DNA of 25,443 nt, from the NCBI GenBank assembly GCA_038247415.1, contig JBBRUX010000051.1, positions 1 through 25,443 of the forward strand. The letters run 5' to 3'. Of this stretch, positions 8,913-15,848 are shown in pieces. The notes under the pieces are model-generated. The model ran no database searches and had not been told where the DNA came from. It saw nothing but the letters and a program-made list of their open reading frames with translations. How positions within the stretch are numbered: position 1 is the stretch's first letter; every line of letters begins with the position of its first letter. Position numbers and translations under genes: made by a program. The stretch comes from Chitinivibrionales bacterium. GTDB lineage: Bacteria > Fibrobacterota > Chitinivibrionia > Chitinivibrionales > WJKA01.

Positions 8913-9572
8913 TTAATTTTGGTGCGATGGTAGATCGTTGATCAAGAGAGGGCCATCTGCCGGTGGCGGAGGTGGTTTCGTTAATACCCCAACCAGTACA
9001 CCAACACCGCTTACTCCCACAGCGCCAAGCGCAATATACAGCGCAATTGGTTTTTTAGGTTGTTCGGTGTACAATGCAATTTTTGAAGGATCGGTAGTCC
9101 ATTTATAGGAAAATGAAACAATGCTATATTCGTCGTGGGCAGTAATTTTTGGGATTGCATTCAAAGCGAATTTAACCACGACAACATCGTGCCATTCGGG
9201 ATTAAGGCCTTTGATGTCGGCATTTGCATTAACGCGTTTTTTCTCAATTTCAAAACCTGTTATCGGATTTGTCTCGGCAGAGGCAATGGGAGCGGTTCCC
9301 ATTTCGGCATCATTGAATTCGAAGGTAAGTTTTTTTTCTTTTGCAAGCATATTGTAAAAATATGAAGCTGGCTTCCCATTAAAAATGAAATAGCAGGTAA
9401 CAAGACGTTCGTCGGGTGTAGCACCGTCGTCGGTTTGGAGGTTCACACCTTCGAGGATTGCATTCTGAATTGGTGCGCTGGCCCCATATTCTGTTTGAGC
9501 ACACAGAGTTGTTGACAGAAGGATTGCGGCAATAAAACTGGCGCAGATGTGATTAAGAAGACAATGATTCAT
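8913..9572 (-). CDS. Hypothetical exported protein: beta-rich (AMIN-like?) domain, C-terminal Gly-rich TM and polyproline tail
   Basis: AAAGG SD before the ATG at 9572; signal MNHCLLNHICASFIAAILLSTTLCA-Q; C-terminus KKPIALYIALGAVGVSGVGVLVGVLTKPPPPP. Confidence 0.7.
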   Translation of the reverse strand: MNHCLLNHICASFIAAILLSTTLCAQTEYGASAPIQNAILEGVNLQTDDGATPDERLVTCYFIFNGKPASYFYNMLAKEKKLTFEFNDAEMGTAPIASAETNPITGFEIEKKRVNANADIKGLNPEWHDVVVVKFALNAIPKITAHDEYSIVSFSYKWTTDPSKIALYTEQPKKPIALYIALGAVGVSGVGVLVGVLTKPPPPPADGPLLINDLPSHQN

Positions 9573-9665
9573 AAAATATACCTTTGCTAGCTGTGTTGAA
9601 GAGGACAACCCTTGCCTGATATCGCTCTTTTTAGTGTACGATCGTCTATCGATCAAGTCAAGAAT

Positions 9666-10046
9666 CTATTCGAGAATAACCATAGCCACACAATAATTTT
9701 TCTCGTGGCTGATGCTAATATAGGACGTTGCGATATTATACGTTTCCATTTCGTTGCGCAAGAGATCGTCCTGCACAATAATAATTGGTGTCCCTCTATC
9801 GGTACAGGGCAATATTTCGATGCTTTTCCATGACGATAGCCCTTGAAGTGAGAGGGGCAGTGCCTTATAAAAAGCTTCCTTTGCTGCCCATCTGCCGGCA
9901 TAATGCTGAGCAGGATGCGCCATACCGCCACAATATGCAATTTCTCCGGGCGTAAAAATTTTAGCGGTGAAATTCTGCTGATAGCGGGTCAGCATATTTT
10001 CAATCCGAGAAACTTCGACAATATCAGTGCCAATACCTTTAATCAT
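9666..10046 (-). CDS. acpS: Holo-[acyl-carrier-protein] synthase
   Basis: True start MIKGIGTDIVE at 10046 (ATGA overlap with the upstream stop); AGRWAAKEAFYKAL; ISISHE. Confidence 0.95.
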   Translation of the reverse strand: MIKGIGTDIVEVSRIENMLTRYQQNFTAKIFTPGEIAYCGGMAHPAQHYAGRWAAKEAFYKALPLSLQGLSSWKSIEILPCTDRGTPIIIVQDDLLRNEMETYNIATSYISISHEKNYCVAMVILE

Positions 10047-11227
10047 AGTGCAGGCTTTGCCTCTGCATCTGAAAGCTTTGGATGCTTTTTTTCGACATTG
10101 AGCGACAGCCCAAGCGAAAGAACATGCATTACCTGTGGATCCTGCCCGCAATAGTATCCGTTTTCGCTTGTAAAGTACACATAGTCGATGCTTAATGGGG
10201 CAAATTCTATACCCACGCCAAAGGTAGGGTATCCTTGGTTAATTCCCCCACGTAGAGCAAGATATTTGAGATCGAGCTCAGCACCTGCATGCAATTTTTT
10301 AGGAAACGACTCATATTTTCCCGATCGAGAATCGAAGCCCCAGATGTCGGTGATTTCGAGGGCGACTATAGCGCTGCGCATCGCTGGCACAGAGGCGAGC
10401 ATCGGGAAATAATATGATCCTCCTAAATTGAGCTGGGGAACCATGACCTTTCCACCTACAACACCAAATGCATCTTTTAGGGTATAGGCGATGCGAATAC
10501 CATTGATATTGTGCATCATGCCAAGATCAAAGCCCGCGCCGTGTTCGGGTGGCGAAATTTGTCCCATAATGCCGAGGGCACTAACCGACTGTAATTTTTT
10601 AATGTATTCGAATGTTTCGTTATACGTCGTAATACGGGTAGGAATGTCGGTGCGCTGAAAGTATTTCATAGCAATACCAAAGTAGTTATTCTCTGTTTTA
10701 AGCGGGATGCCAACTGCCCATGTTGCGACAAAGTCTCCCTGACCCCGAAAACCAAGCTTGGGAATAAAATGTCCAGTTTCAACCGATAAATTGACGGGCA
10801 TCACACCATAAACACCTGCACCAAAGTTCTTTTTAGCCAAGGTGATTTCGGGGAGATATTCAAGTTTAGTCCACTTTCCGTCGTATTTATCAAGATCTGC
10901 GAAGAGTGTTGAGTCGGCAAGATTTTTGATATCGCCAAATTTATTACCATTGCGTCGTAAAAAGTCGAGGTAGCTGAAAAAAGTTCCCTGAACCGAAAAG
11001 TTGATCGGTTTAACAGAAAGCTGAAATTCATCTTTAAGAAGACCAAGCCCTGCCGGATTATGAAAAATAGCAGTACGGTCTGTTGTTACCGCAACATTAG
11101 TATTCCCCATCCCCATAGAACGAATTCCGTCGTAATTAGGGCCTTTAGGGGAGCTTGCAAGGGCAACAATACATGTGAGCAAAGAGATATATACCACACC
11201 ATAGTATTTTGCAGAGCTAATTCTCAT
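10043..11227 (-). CDS. Outer-membrane beta-barrel of the TraF_2/FadL/PorV superfamily
   Basis: Signal peptide; RSMGMGNTNVAV...AIFHNPAGLG; GFDLGMMH; KKLHAGAEL...LRGGINQGYPTFGVG. Confidence 0.7.
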   Translation of the reverse strand: MRISSAKYYGVVYISLLTCIVALASSPKGPNYDGIRSMGMGNTNVAVTTDRTAIFHNPAGLGLLKDEFQLSVKPINFSVQGTFFSYLDFLRRNGNKFGDIKNLADSTLFADLDKYDGKWTKLEYLPEITLAKKNFGAGVYGVMPVNLSVETGHFIPKLGFRGQGDFVATWAVGIPLKTENNYFGIAMKYFQRTDIPTRITTYNETFEYIKKLQSVSALGIMGQISPPEHGAGFDLGMMHNINGIRIAYTLKDAFGVVGGKVMVPQLNLGGSYYFPMLASVPAMRSAIVALEITDIWGFDSRSGKYESFPKKLHAGAELDLKYLALRGGINQGYPTFGVGIEFAPLSIDYVYFTSENGYYCGQDPQVMHVLSLGLSLNVEKKHPKLSDAEAKPAL

Positions 11228-12771
11228 TTTGTGCCTCGCTTCTTGATCCAGTAAAGTTGTAGCACGCTATGATTTGCAACAAGCGAATCGATGGCGCTTT
11301 GGCGCTCTGCAAAAGTAAAGTGTGCAAGGGGAGATACGCCTGCCGCATAAACCTTTTCGAGTATTTTTGGCATCGAGTCTGCAGGTGTTGGTTTCATTGG
11401 TATAGAATCTCCCACAACGCGGGTATCCGCATCGACAATTCCCTGATGGAGATTGTCTTTTCCGTCAAGTAAGTCTTCGTCAATCCCAAAATCTCCAAAG
11501 ATAAACTCGCTCGTGTAGGGACCTTTGTAACGATAGAAATGCAGTGTTGTATCAGAATTCTTGACTAAAGAATATTTAGAGGTATCGAGTCCCGATGAAT
11601 CCAGTGGTGAGGTAACCGGTCGCACGTTACGGCCCTTAGGATACATAGCTATTTCGTCGCCGATATGCAGATGGGGAACAACACCAGGATTATTGATATC
11701 AATTTTGCTATCTTCGTCAAAATCGATCCAGAGTGTGGGTTCCATAAGCGAGTCTGATACACCCATTTTTTCGTTGGGGTAAGGGTATCGTTTATGCGTG
11801 TTGTAATAATTGCCGTTATTATCTTTAAGGTCATTATAAAAATAGAAGAGCAGTCGATTGTTGAGCTGGCTTATCATATCGCCAAGCCCTGAAGCCATAT
11901 TGGTATCTATTGATGAGTTTGATTGGGCGCCGGAACGCAATTGCGCAGAAAAATTATTAAAGCTTGTATCTGCTTTTCCAACAATCGAAAGTAGCTCAAT
12001 GATTTTTGGGTTGATGTCGTTAGGATTTTTAGAAATACTCTTTAAGCTATCTAGTTTGAGGCTGTCAAGTGAAACCATGCTTTTGCAGAGAGTTGAAAAT
12101 GCAGCTTGTTCCTTTGATTGAGAATCTGCAGAATTAAAATCAAGTACTCCATTATTATTGAGATCGGCAAACCCGATAGCTAATTTAACGCTGATTTCAA
12201 CGAGGTAGTCCGATTCATATTCCTCTCGTAACACCATACCATCCATTTTTTCGGGATGATTGCTAATGATTTCGAGGTCCTTGATTGCCTTGCAAATAGG
12301 GTCGTACACGCGCTTTCGTTCGAGGAAAACGGAGTCGATAAGCATAACAGGAGAGGGATAAAGTGGGGATTTGACTTTTGTTGTAAAAGGGCGAGTGTCG
12401 GTAGCTGCTTGATGAAAGAGAAAAGGGATATCTTTTTCGTGGCCAGCAGGAGGATTTATCTGATCCCAAACATTCGAAAGACTAATATTATCTCGTCGTA
12501 GAATGCATTTCCCACGATAAAAATAAGCTTGAGATTTTGATGAATCGAGTTTAATTGCCGAATCGAAAAGCGCTATTGCATGATTATAACGAAGAGTATC
12601 TCCATTTCCGGTTGCTGCATTCATTTGCAGCTGACCTTCTAATACTAGGGCCGCTGCCCCCTGTGCTTGGGCTTTTTTGTCACGGTTGCTTTCTGATGGT
12701 TCGAAAAGATTGCATGATGAGACAATCAAAGCGCTTAAGCTTAAAAGAGAGGCTAGATGCAAATGTTTCAT
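11224..12771 (-). CDS. Lipoprotein with an N-terminal TPR and acidic Dx[DN]xDG-like motifs
   Basis: AAGGA SD; lipobox LSALIVSS-C; TPR AIALFDSAIKLDSSKSQAYFYRGK; motifs DLNNNGVLD, DFDEDSKID and GIDEDLLDGKDNLHQGIVDADTR. Confidence 0.8.
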   Translation of the reverse strand: MKHLHLASLLSLSALIVSSCNLFEPSESNRDKKAQAQGAAALVLEGQLQMNAATGNGDTLRYNHAIALFDSAIKLDSSKSQAYFYRGKCILRRDNISLSNVWDQINPPAGHEKDIPFLFHQAATDTRPFTTKVKSPLYPSPVMLIDSVFLERKRVYDPICKAIKDLEIISNHPEKMDGMVLREEYESDYLVEISVKLAIGFADLNNNGVLDFNSADSQSKEQAAFSTLCKSMVSLDSLKLDSLKSISKNPNDINPKIIELLSIVGKADTSFNNFSAQLRSGAQSNSSIDTNMASGLGDMISQLNNRLLFYFYNDLKDNNGNYYNTHKRYPYPNEKMGVSDSLMEPTLWIDFDEDSKIDINNPGVVPHLHIGDEIAMYPKGRNVRPVTSPLDSSGLDTSKYSLVKNSDTTLHFYRYKGPYTSEFIFGDFGIDEDLLDGKDNLHQGIVDADTRVVGDSIPMKPTPADSMPKILEKVYAAGVSPLAHFTFAERQSAIDSLVANHSVLQLYWIKKRGTK

Positions 12772-12830
12772 GGACAGATCCTTTAGGAGGGGAAAATAGC
12801 TTGGTAGTAAGCTCTCGATCCACTTTTTAT

Positions 12831-12859
12831 AATATAAGAAAAGAGTCTACTCTGAACAA
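12831..12859 (-). promoter_or_regulatory. Putative sigma70 promoter for the long minus-strand operon
   Basis: TTGTTC (12859-12854), 17 nt spacer, TATATT (12836-12831), 60 nt upstream of the ATG at 12771. Confidence 0.55.
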
Positions 12860-12891
12860 GATTATTTCGAATTCTCTGGGGAAAAGAATAT

Positions 12892-12910
12892 TTGTTCACT
12901 GCTTGTTCAC
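12892..12910 (+). repeat. TTGTTCAC direct repeat with 11-bp period (candidate regulator box)
   Basis: TTGTTCAC at 12892-12899 and 12903-12910 in the divergent intergenic region. Confidence 0.45.
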
Positions 12911-12953
12911 CCAAAATATGGCAGGTTCGTGCAGGAGGAGCTATTTTCAAAGT

Positions 12954-14075
12954 ATGATTTTATTGATCCCCCTTACCGCATGTTTGAGTATTGTTGGCGT
13001 GATTGTCATGCTCTTCTGCGTATATACGCTTCTGTTTTGCGGGCGAATAAAAAAACCGACTTCCCCTCCTAAGGAGTCAAAGGTTTCTGTTATCATTCCC
13101 TTTCGTAATGAGGCACATAATTTAGGGATGTTGCTTACTTCGCTTAAAAATCAGAACTATGAAGGCCCTTTTGATATTGTTTTGGTAAACGACGGCTCCA
13201 CAGATTCTTGGCACGAAGTTGTTAGCCCATTTCAATCGCTCTTGAATATCATACTCGTTGATTCATGCTATGATGAAACAAAGTCTAATTTGTCTAGAAA
13301 ACAGCATGCTCTGGATGTTGGTGTTTCGGCTTCTGTTGGAAGGTATTTATTATTTACAGATGCGGATATGGTTCTCTCTGTGTCGTGGATTTTTGAGCTT
13401 GTTGATAGTGCAGTTTCTATGGGCGTGGCGTGCGTGTTTGGTCATACCACAATTATTCAGTCACAGAATTCATTTCGAAAACGATGTGAAGCGTATCAGC
13501 TCGAAATTCTGTTTACTCTTGCGTATGTATGCTCTCGGCTGGGAATACCCGGATCATGTATGGGCAACAACCTGCTGGTATCACGTACAACATATGTGGC
13601 TTGCGGGGGGCAAAAAGGGTTGGGCTATAGCATTGTAGAAGATTACGATTTTTTGCAGCTCTTGCATAAAAAAGGTTTTAAAAGTGCAGCGTGCGAGCCC
13701 TTTACGAGCACTGCTCAAACCTACCCCTGTACAACGCTACGCCAGTATTATAATCAGTTATTACGTTGGGCGATGGGTGGGCTCAGGCCTTCGTCAAAGC
13801 TCTTCTGGATGGGAATGTGCGCTCTTGCTGTGGCATTCAGTGGCGTATTTTTAGCAATGAGTGCTTCTAGCACAATGCTTTGGGTACTACCTGCAGTATT
13901 TGGAATAAGCTTTGTTGCGGTTAGCATTATCGCATTAACTAACGCAGATGCAAAGATCCCCTGGTGGTTCTTGCCGATCTACCCGGTGTTGTTGTCGATC
14001 GAATGTTTGGCATTGCTGGGCGCCCTTATTGTTGGCGTTCGTCCCGTATGGAAACAAACGCGTTTGGTTGAGTAA
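12954..14075 (+). CDS. Membrane glycosyltransferase family 2 (D,D,D,QxxRW type)
   Basis: VSVIIPFRNE, NDGSTD, FTDAD, MGNN, VED and QLLRW; N- and C-terminal TM helices. Start placed at the ATG at 12954, because the longer ORF would overlap the divergent gene. Confidence 0.88.
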   Translation: MILLIPLTACLSIVGVIVMLFCVYTLLFCGRIKKPTSPPKESKVSVIIPFRNEAHNLGMLLTSLKNQNYEGPFDIVLVNDGSTDSWHEVVSPFQSLLNIILVDSCYDETKSNLSRKQHALDVGVSASVGRYLLFTDADMVLSVSWIFELVDSAVSMGVACVFGHTTIIQSQNSFRKRCEAYQLEILFTLAYVCSRLGIPGSCMGNNLLVSRTTYVACGGQKGLGYSIVEDYDFLQLLHKKGFKSAACEPFTSTAQTYPCTTLRQYYNQLLRWAMGGLRPSSKLFWMGMCALAVAFSGVFLAMSASSTMLWVLPAVFGISFVAVSIIALTNADAKIPWWFLPIYPVLLSIECLALLGALIVGVRPVWKQTRLVE

Positions 14076-14129
14076 AGTAATTTTCTCAATTCTGAAACAC
14101 GTTAGTAAGAGCATTACAAAGCATACTAT

Positions 14130-15101
14130 ATGAAACCAATTCTACTTCACTATTATATAACAAATCGCTGCAATGCCCGGTGTTCTTTTTGTACCATCTG
14201 GCAAGAAAACCCCAAGGTTGACGCACGGCTTAAAGATGTTATCGTCAATCTTTCGCATGCTAAAAAACAAGGTTGCACGTTTGTAGATTTTACGGGAGGG
14301 GAGCCGCTACTGCACCCTGATTTGCCCCAGTTTCTTGCCGAAGCTAAAAAATTAAAATTAATCACTTCGGTAACAACTAATTGTTTGCTCTTTGAAAAAC
14401 GTGCTAAGGAAATAGCTGGATACGTTGATCTTTTACATTTTAGTTTGGATGGCGACTGCGCACAGGTGCATGATGCTTTTAGGGGTGTCAAGTCTTTTGA
14501 TGCCGTCATGACCTCGGTGGAAATTGCAAAAGGACTCGGTTTGGCACCCGATTTGTTGTTTACGTATAATAATAACAACATTGGGTCGGTAGCTGGTACA
14601 ATTGCACTAGCTCAATCGCACAAATTAATGCTTATTCTGGATCCGGAATTTTCTGCCGAAGGAGAAGTCGATCCAGTTTCGATTGCGACCCACGCACGAG
14701 CGCAAAGTCTGGCTCACAAACGCGGGGTGTACCTCAATACTGCACACCTCCGTTTACGTAAACAGGGTGGTAATTCCGTGTTAGCTCCAATTTGTAAGGC
14801 TGTGTCGTCAACCATAGTGGTAATGCCCGACAATCGCATCGCGCTACCATGTTATCATCATCGCACAGAATTTATTGAGGGCGGGATTGCCTCTTTGCAC
14901 CAGGAAATTCCAACCAAAATACGCAACCTCGCACAAAACAACCAAGGCAAGTACCCCTTTTGTGAAGGGTGTCATATAAATTGCTACTTCGATCCGAGCT
15001 ATCATCTGCATTCTAATGCGATGGCGTTTCTTTCTTTACGTGCAAAATTAAAATACGCTTTTGATAAATATGTTGTGTATGGGCATCGGTTTGGGAGATG
15101 A
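14130..15101 (+). CDS. Radical SAM protein with a SPASM/twitch-like C-terminal domain
   Basis: CNARCSFC, FTGGEPLL, TTN, FSLDG; C-terminal C..PC..CEGCHINC. Confidence 0.92.
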   Translation: MKPILLHYYITNRCNARCSFCTIWQENPKVDARLKDVIVNLSHAKKQGCTFVDFTGGEPLLHPDLPQFLAEAKKLKLITSVTTNCLLFEKRAKEIAGYVDLLHFSLDGDCAQVHDAFRGVKSFDAVMTSVEIAKGLGLAPDLLFTYNNNNIGSVAGTIALAQSHKLMLILDPEFSAEGEVDPVSIATHARAQSLAHKRGVYLNTAHLRLRKQGGNSVLAPICKAVSSTIVVMPDNRIALPCYHHRTEFIEGGIASLHQEIPTKIRNLAQNNQGKYPFCEGCHINCYFDPSYHLHSNAMAFLSLRAKLKYAFDKYVVYGHRFGR

Positions 15102-15135
15102 TGAATACGGAATACAAGCAGCAATTGAGTGTAAG

Positions 15136-15369
15136 CTACTCCGATATTATTGGTAACAAAATGCCGGTGGCATTCAATGCCGAAGTAATTTTTTTCTGCC
15201 AACCTTTGGACATGTCATTGATTAGCTGGTGTAGATGCTTGACGTGGTGGGCTTTACCTTTAAAAAACTGGATCATTCCGCGAGCCGATTCTATATCCTT
15301 ATCTCGTTTGTCCGGTTTGGTTCTACGCTGGCTAACAATAAGCTTGTGCAGAGCAAATGCTTGATAAAA
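15136..15369 (-). pseudogene. C-terminal remnant of a GSU2403-like nucleotidyltransferase-fold protein
   Basis: Not in the ORF track. Frame reads FYQAFALHKLIVSQRRTKPDKRDKDIESARGMIQFF...MSKGWQKKITSALNATGILLPIISE*. The FALHKL..S.RR....K..KD...A motif is characteristic. No start codon precedes the motif. Confidence 0.65.
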
Positions 15370-15624
15370 TCAAAGGTGTTTTGCATAGGTATCAAGTATT
15401 GTCGAAACAAAAGTTTGATATTTTATACCCTTTTTTGTAGCAAATTCCTTGTATCGATCAACGGTTTCTTTTTTAAGTTTCATGGTTACCGGTACTGTCA
15501 CCTGTTTTTTCAAAGATTTGGCGATAGTTGCTGGTGAGGGTAAAAAGTCTTCGGTTGCGACGGAGTTTTCGAGTTCGTCAGCGATAGCCCTTGGTGCATT
15601 AGTATATCCCTTAGTCTTGATCAT
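15370..15624 (-). CDS. BrnA/CopG-like ribbon-helix-helix antitoxin (84 aa)
   Basis: ATG at 15624 overlaps the end of the brnT frame. Contains DFLPSP and VTMKLKKETVDRYKEFA...IKYQTFVSTILDTYA. Confidence 0.8.
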   Translation of the reverse strand: MIKTKGYTNAPRAIADELENSVATEDFLPSPATIAKSLKKQVTVPVTMKLKKETVDRYKEFATKKGIKYQTFVSTILDTYAKHL

Positions 15625-15838
15625 AAATTTTTCTCCCCTCTCTCCAGTTTCCAGCTCCAATAATTCAAACTTTGCTGCCTCGTACAGTAAATCTCACTGT
15701 AAGAATACAATCGTTGACAAACCCCAGACAGTAATAACGCATCTCAGCTTCTGAATGTTTTACGTTGAGACGGATTTTGCGTTTTGGATCTAGAAATGCC
15801 TCTGTCGCTTCTTCAAACGAAACACCATTTTTTATTCG
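15611..15838 (-). pseudogene. brnT: BrnT-family toxin pseudogene (5'-truncated, internal TGA)
   Basis: RIKNGVSFEEATEAFLDP...HSEAEMRYYCLG...ILTVRFTVRGSKV*IIGAGNWREGRKIYDQD*. The TGA at 15667-15665 occupies the conserved Arg of RII, and the FEWD..K N-terminus is missing. Confidence 0.85.
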
Positions 15839-15848
15839 GCAAATCGGG

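Noticed and set aside
10047..10151. Upstream extensions of acpS and, similarly, the PorV-like (to 4043), PASTA (to 7186), 9656 and gmhA (from 18530) ORFs
   Set aside because: Most run deep into neighbouring genes; downstream starts give proper family N-termini, SD motifs or stop/start coupling.
10043..11227. Conjugative element implied by the TraF-like barrel
   Set aside because: No relaxase, T4SS, integrase or att sites; the gene is embedded among housekeeping genes.
12555..12953. N-terminal extension of the GT2 ORF
   Set aside because: It overlaps the divergent lipoprotein gene and its promoter; the TM-then-GT2 architecture starts at 12954.
15098..15364. 88-aa plus-strand ORF apparently coupled to the radical SAM stop
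   Set aside because: It is the antisense shadow of the NTase-fold remnant, which carries the recognisable motif.
15665..15667. TGA recoding (Trp, Gly or Sec) to rescue brnT
   Set aside because: TGA is a real stop in rsmB, fmt and other genes here; the expected residue is Arg; the gene is also 5'-truncated.
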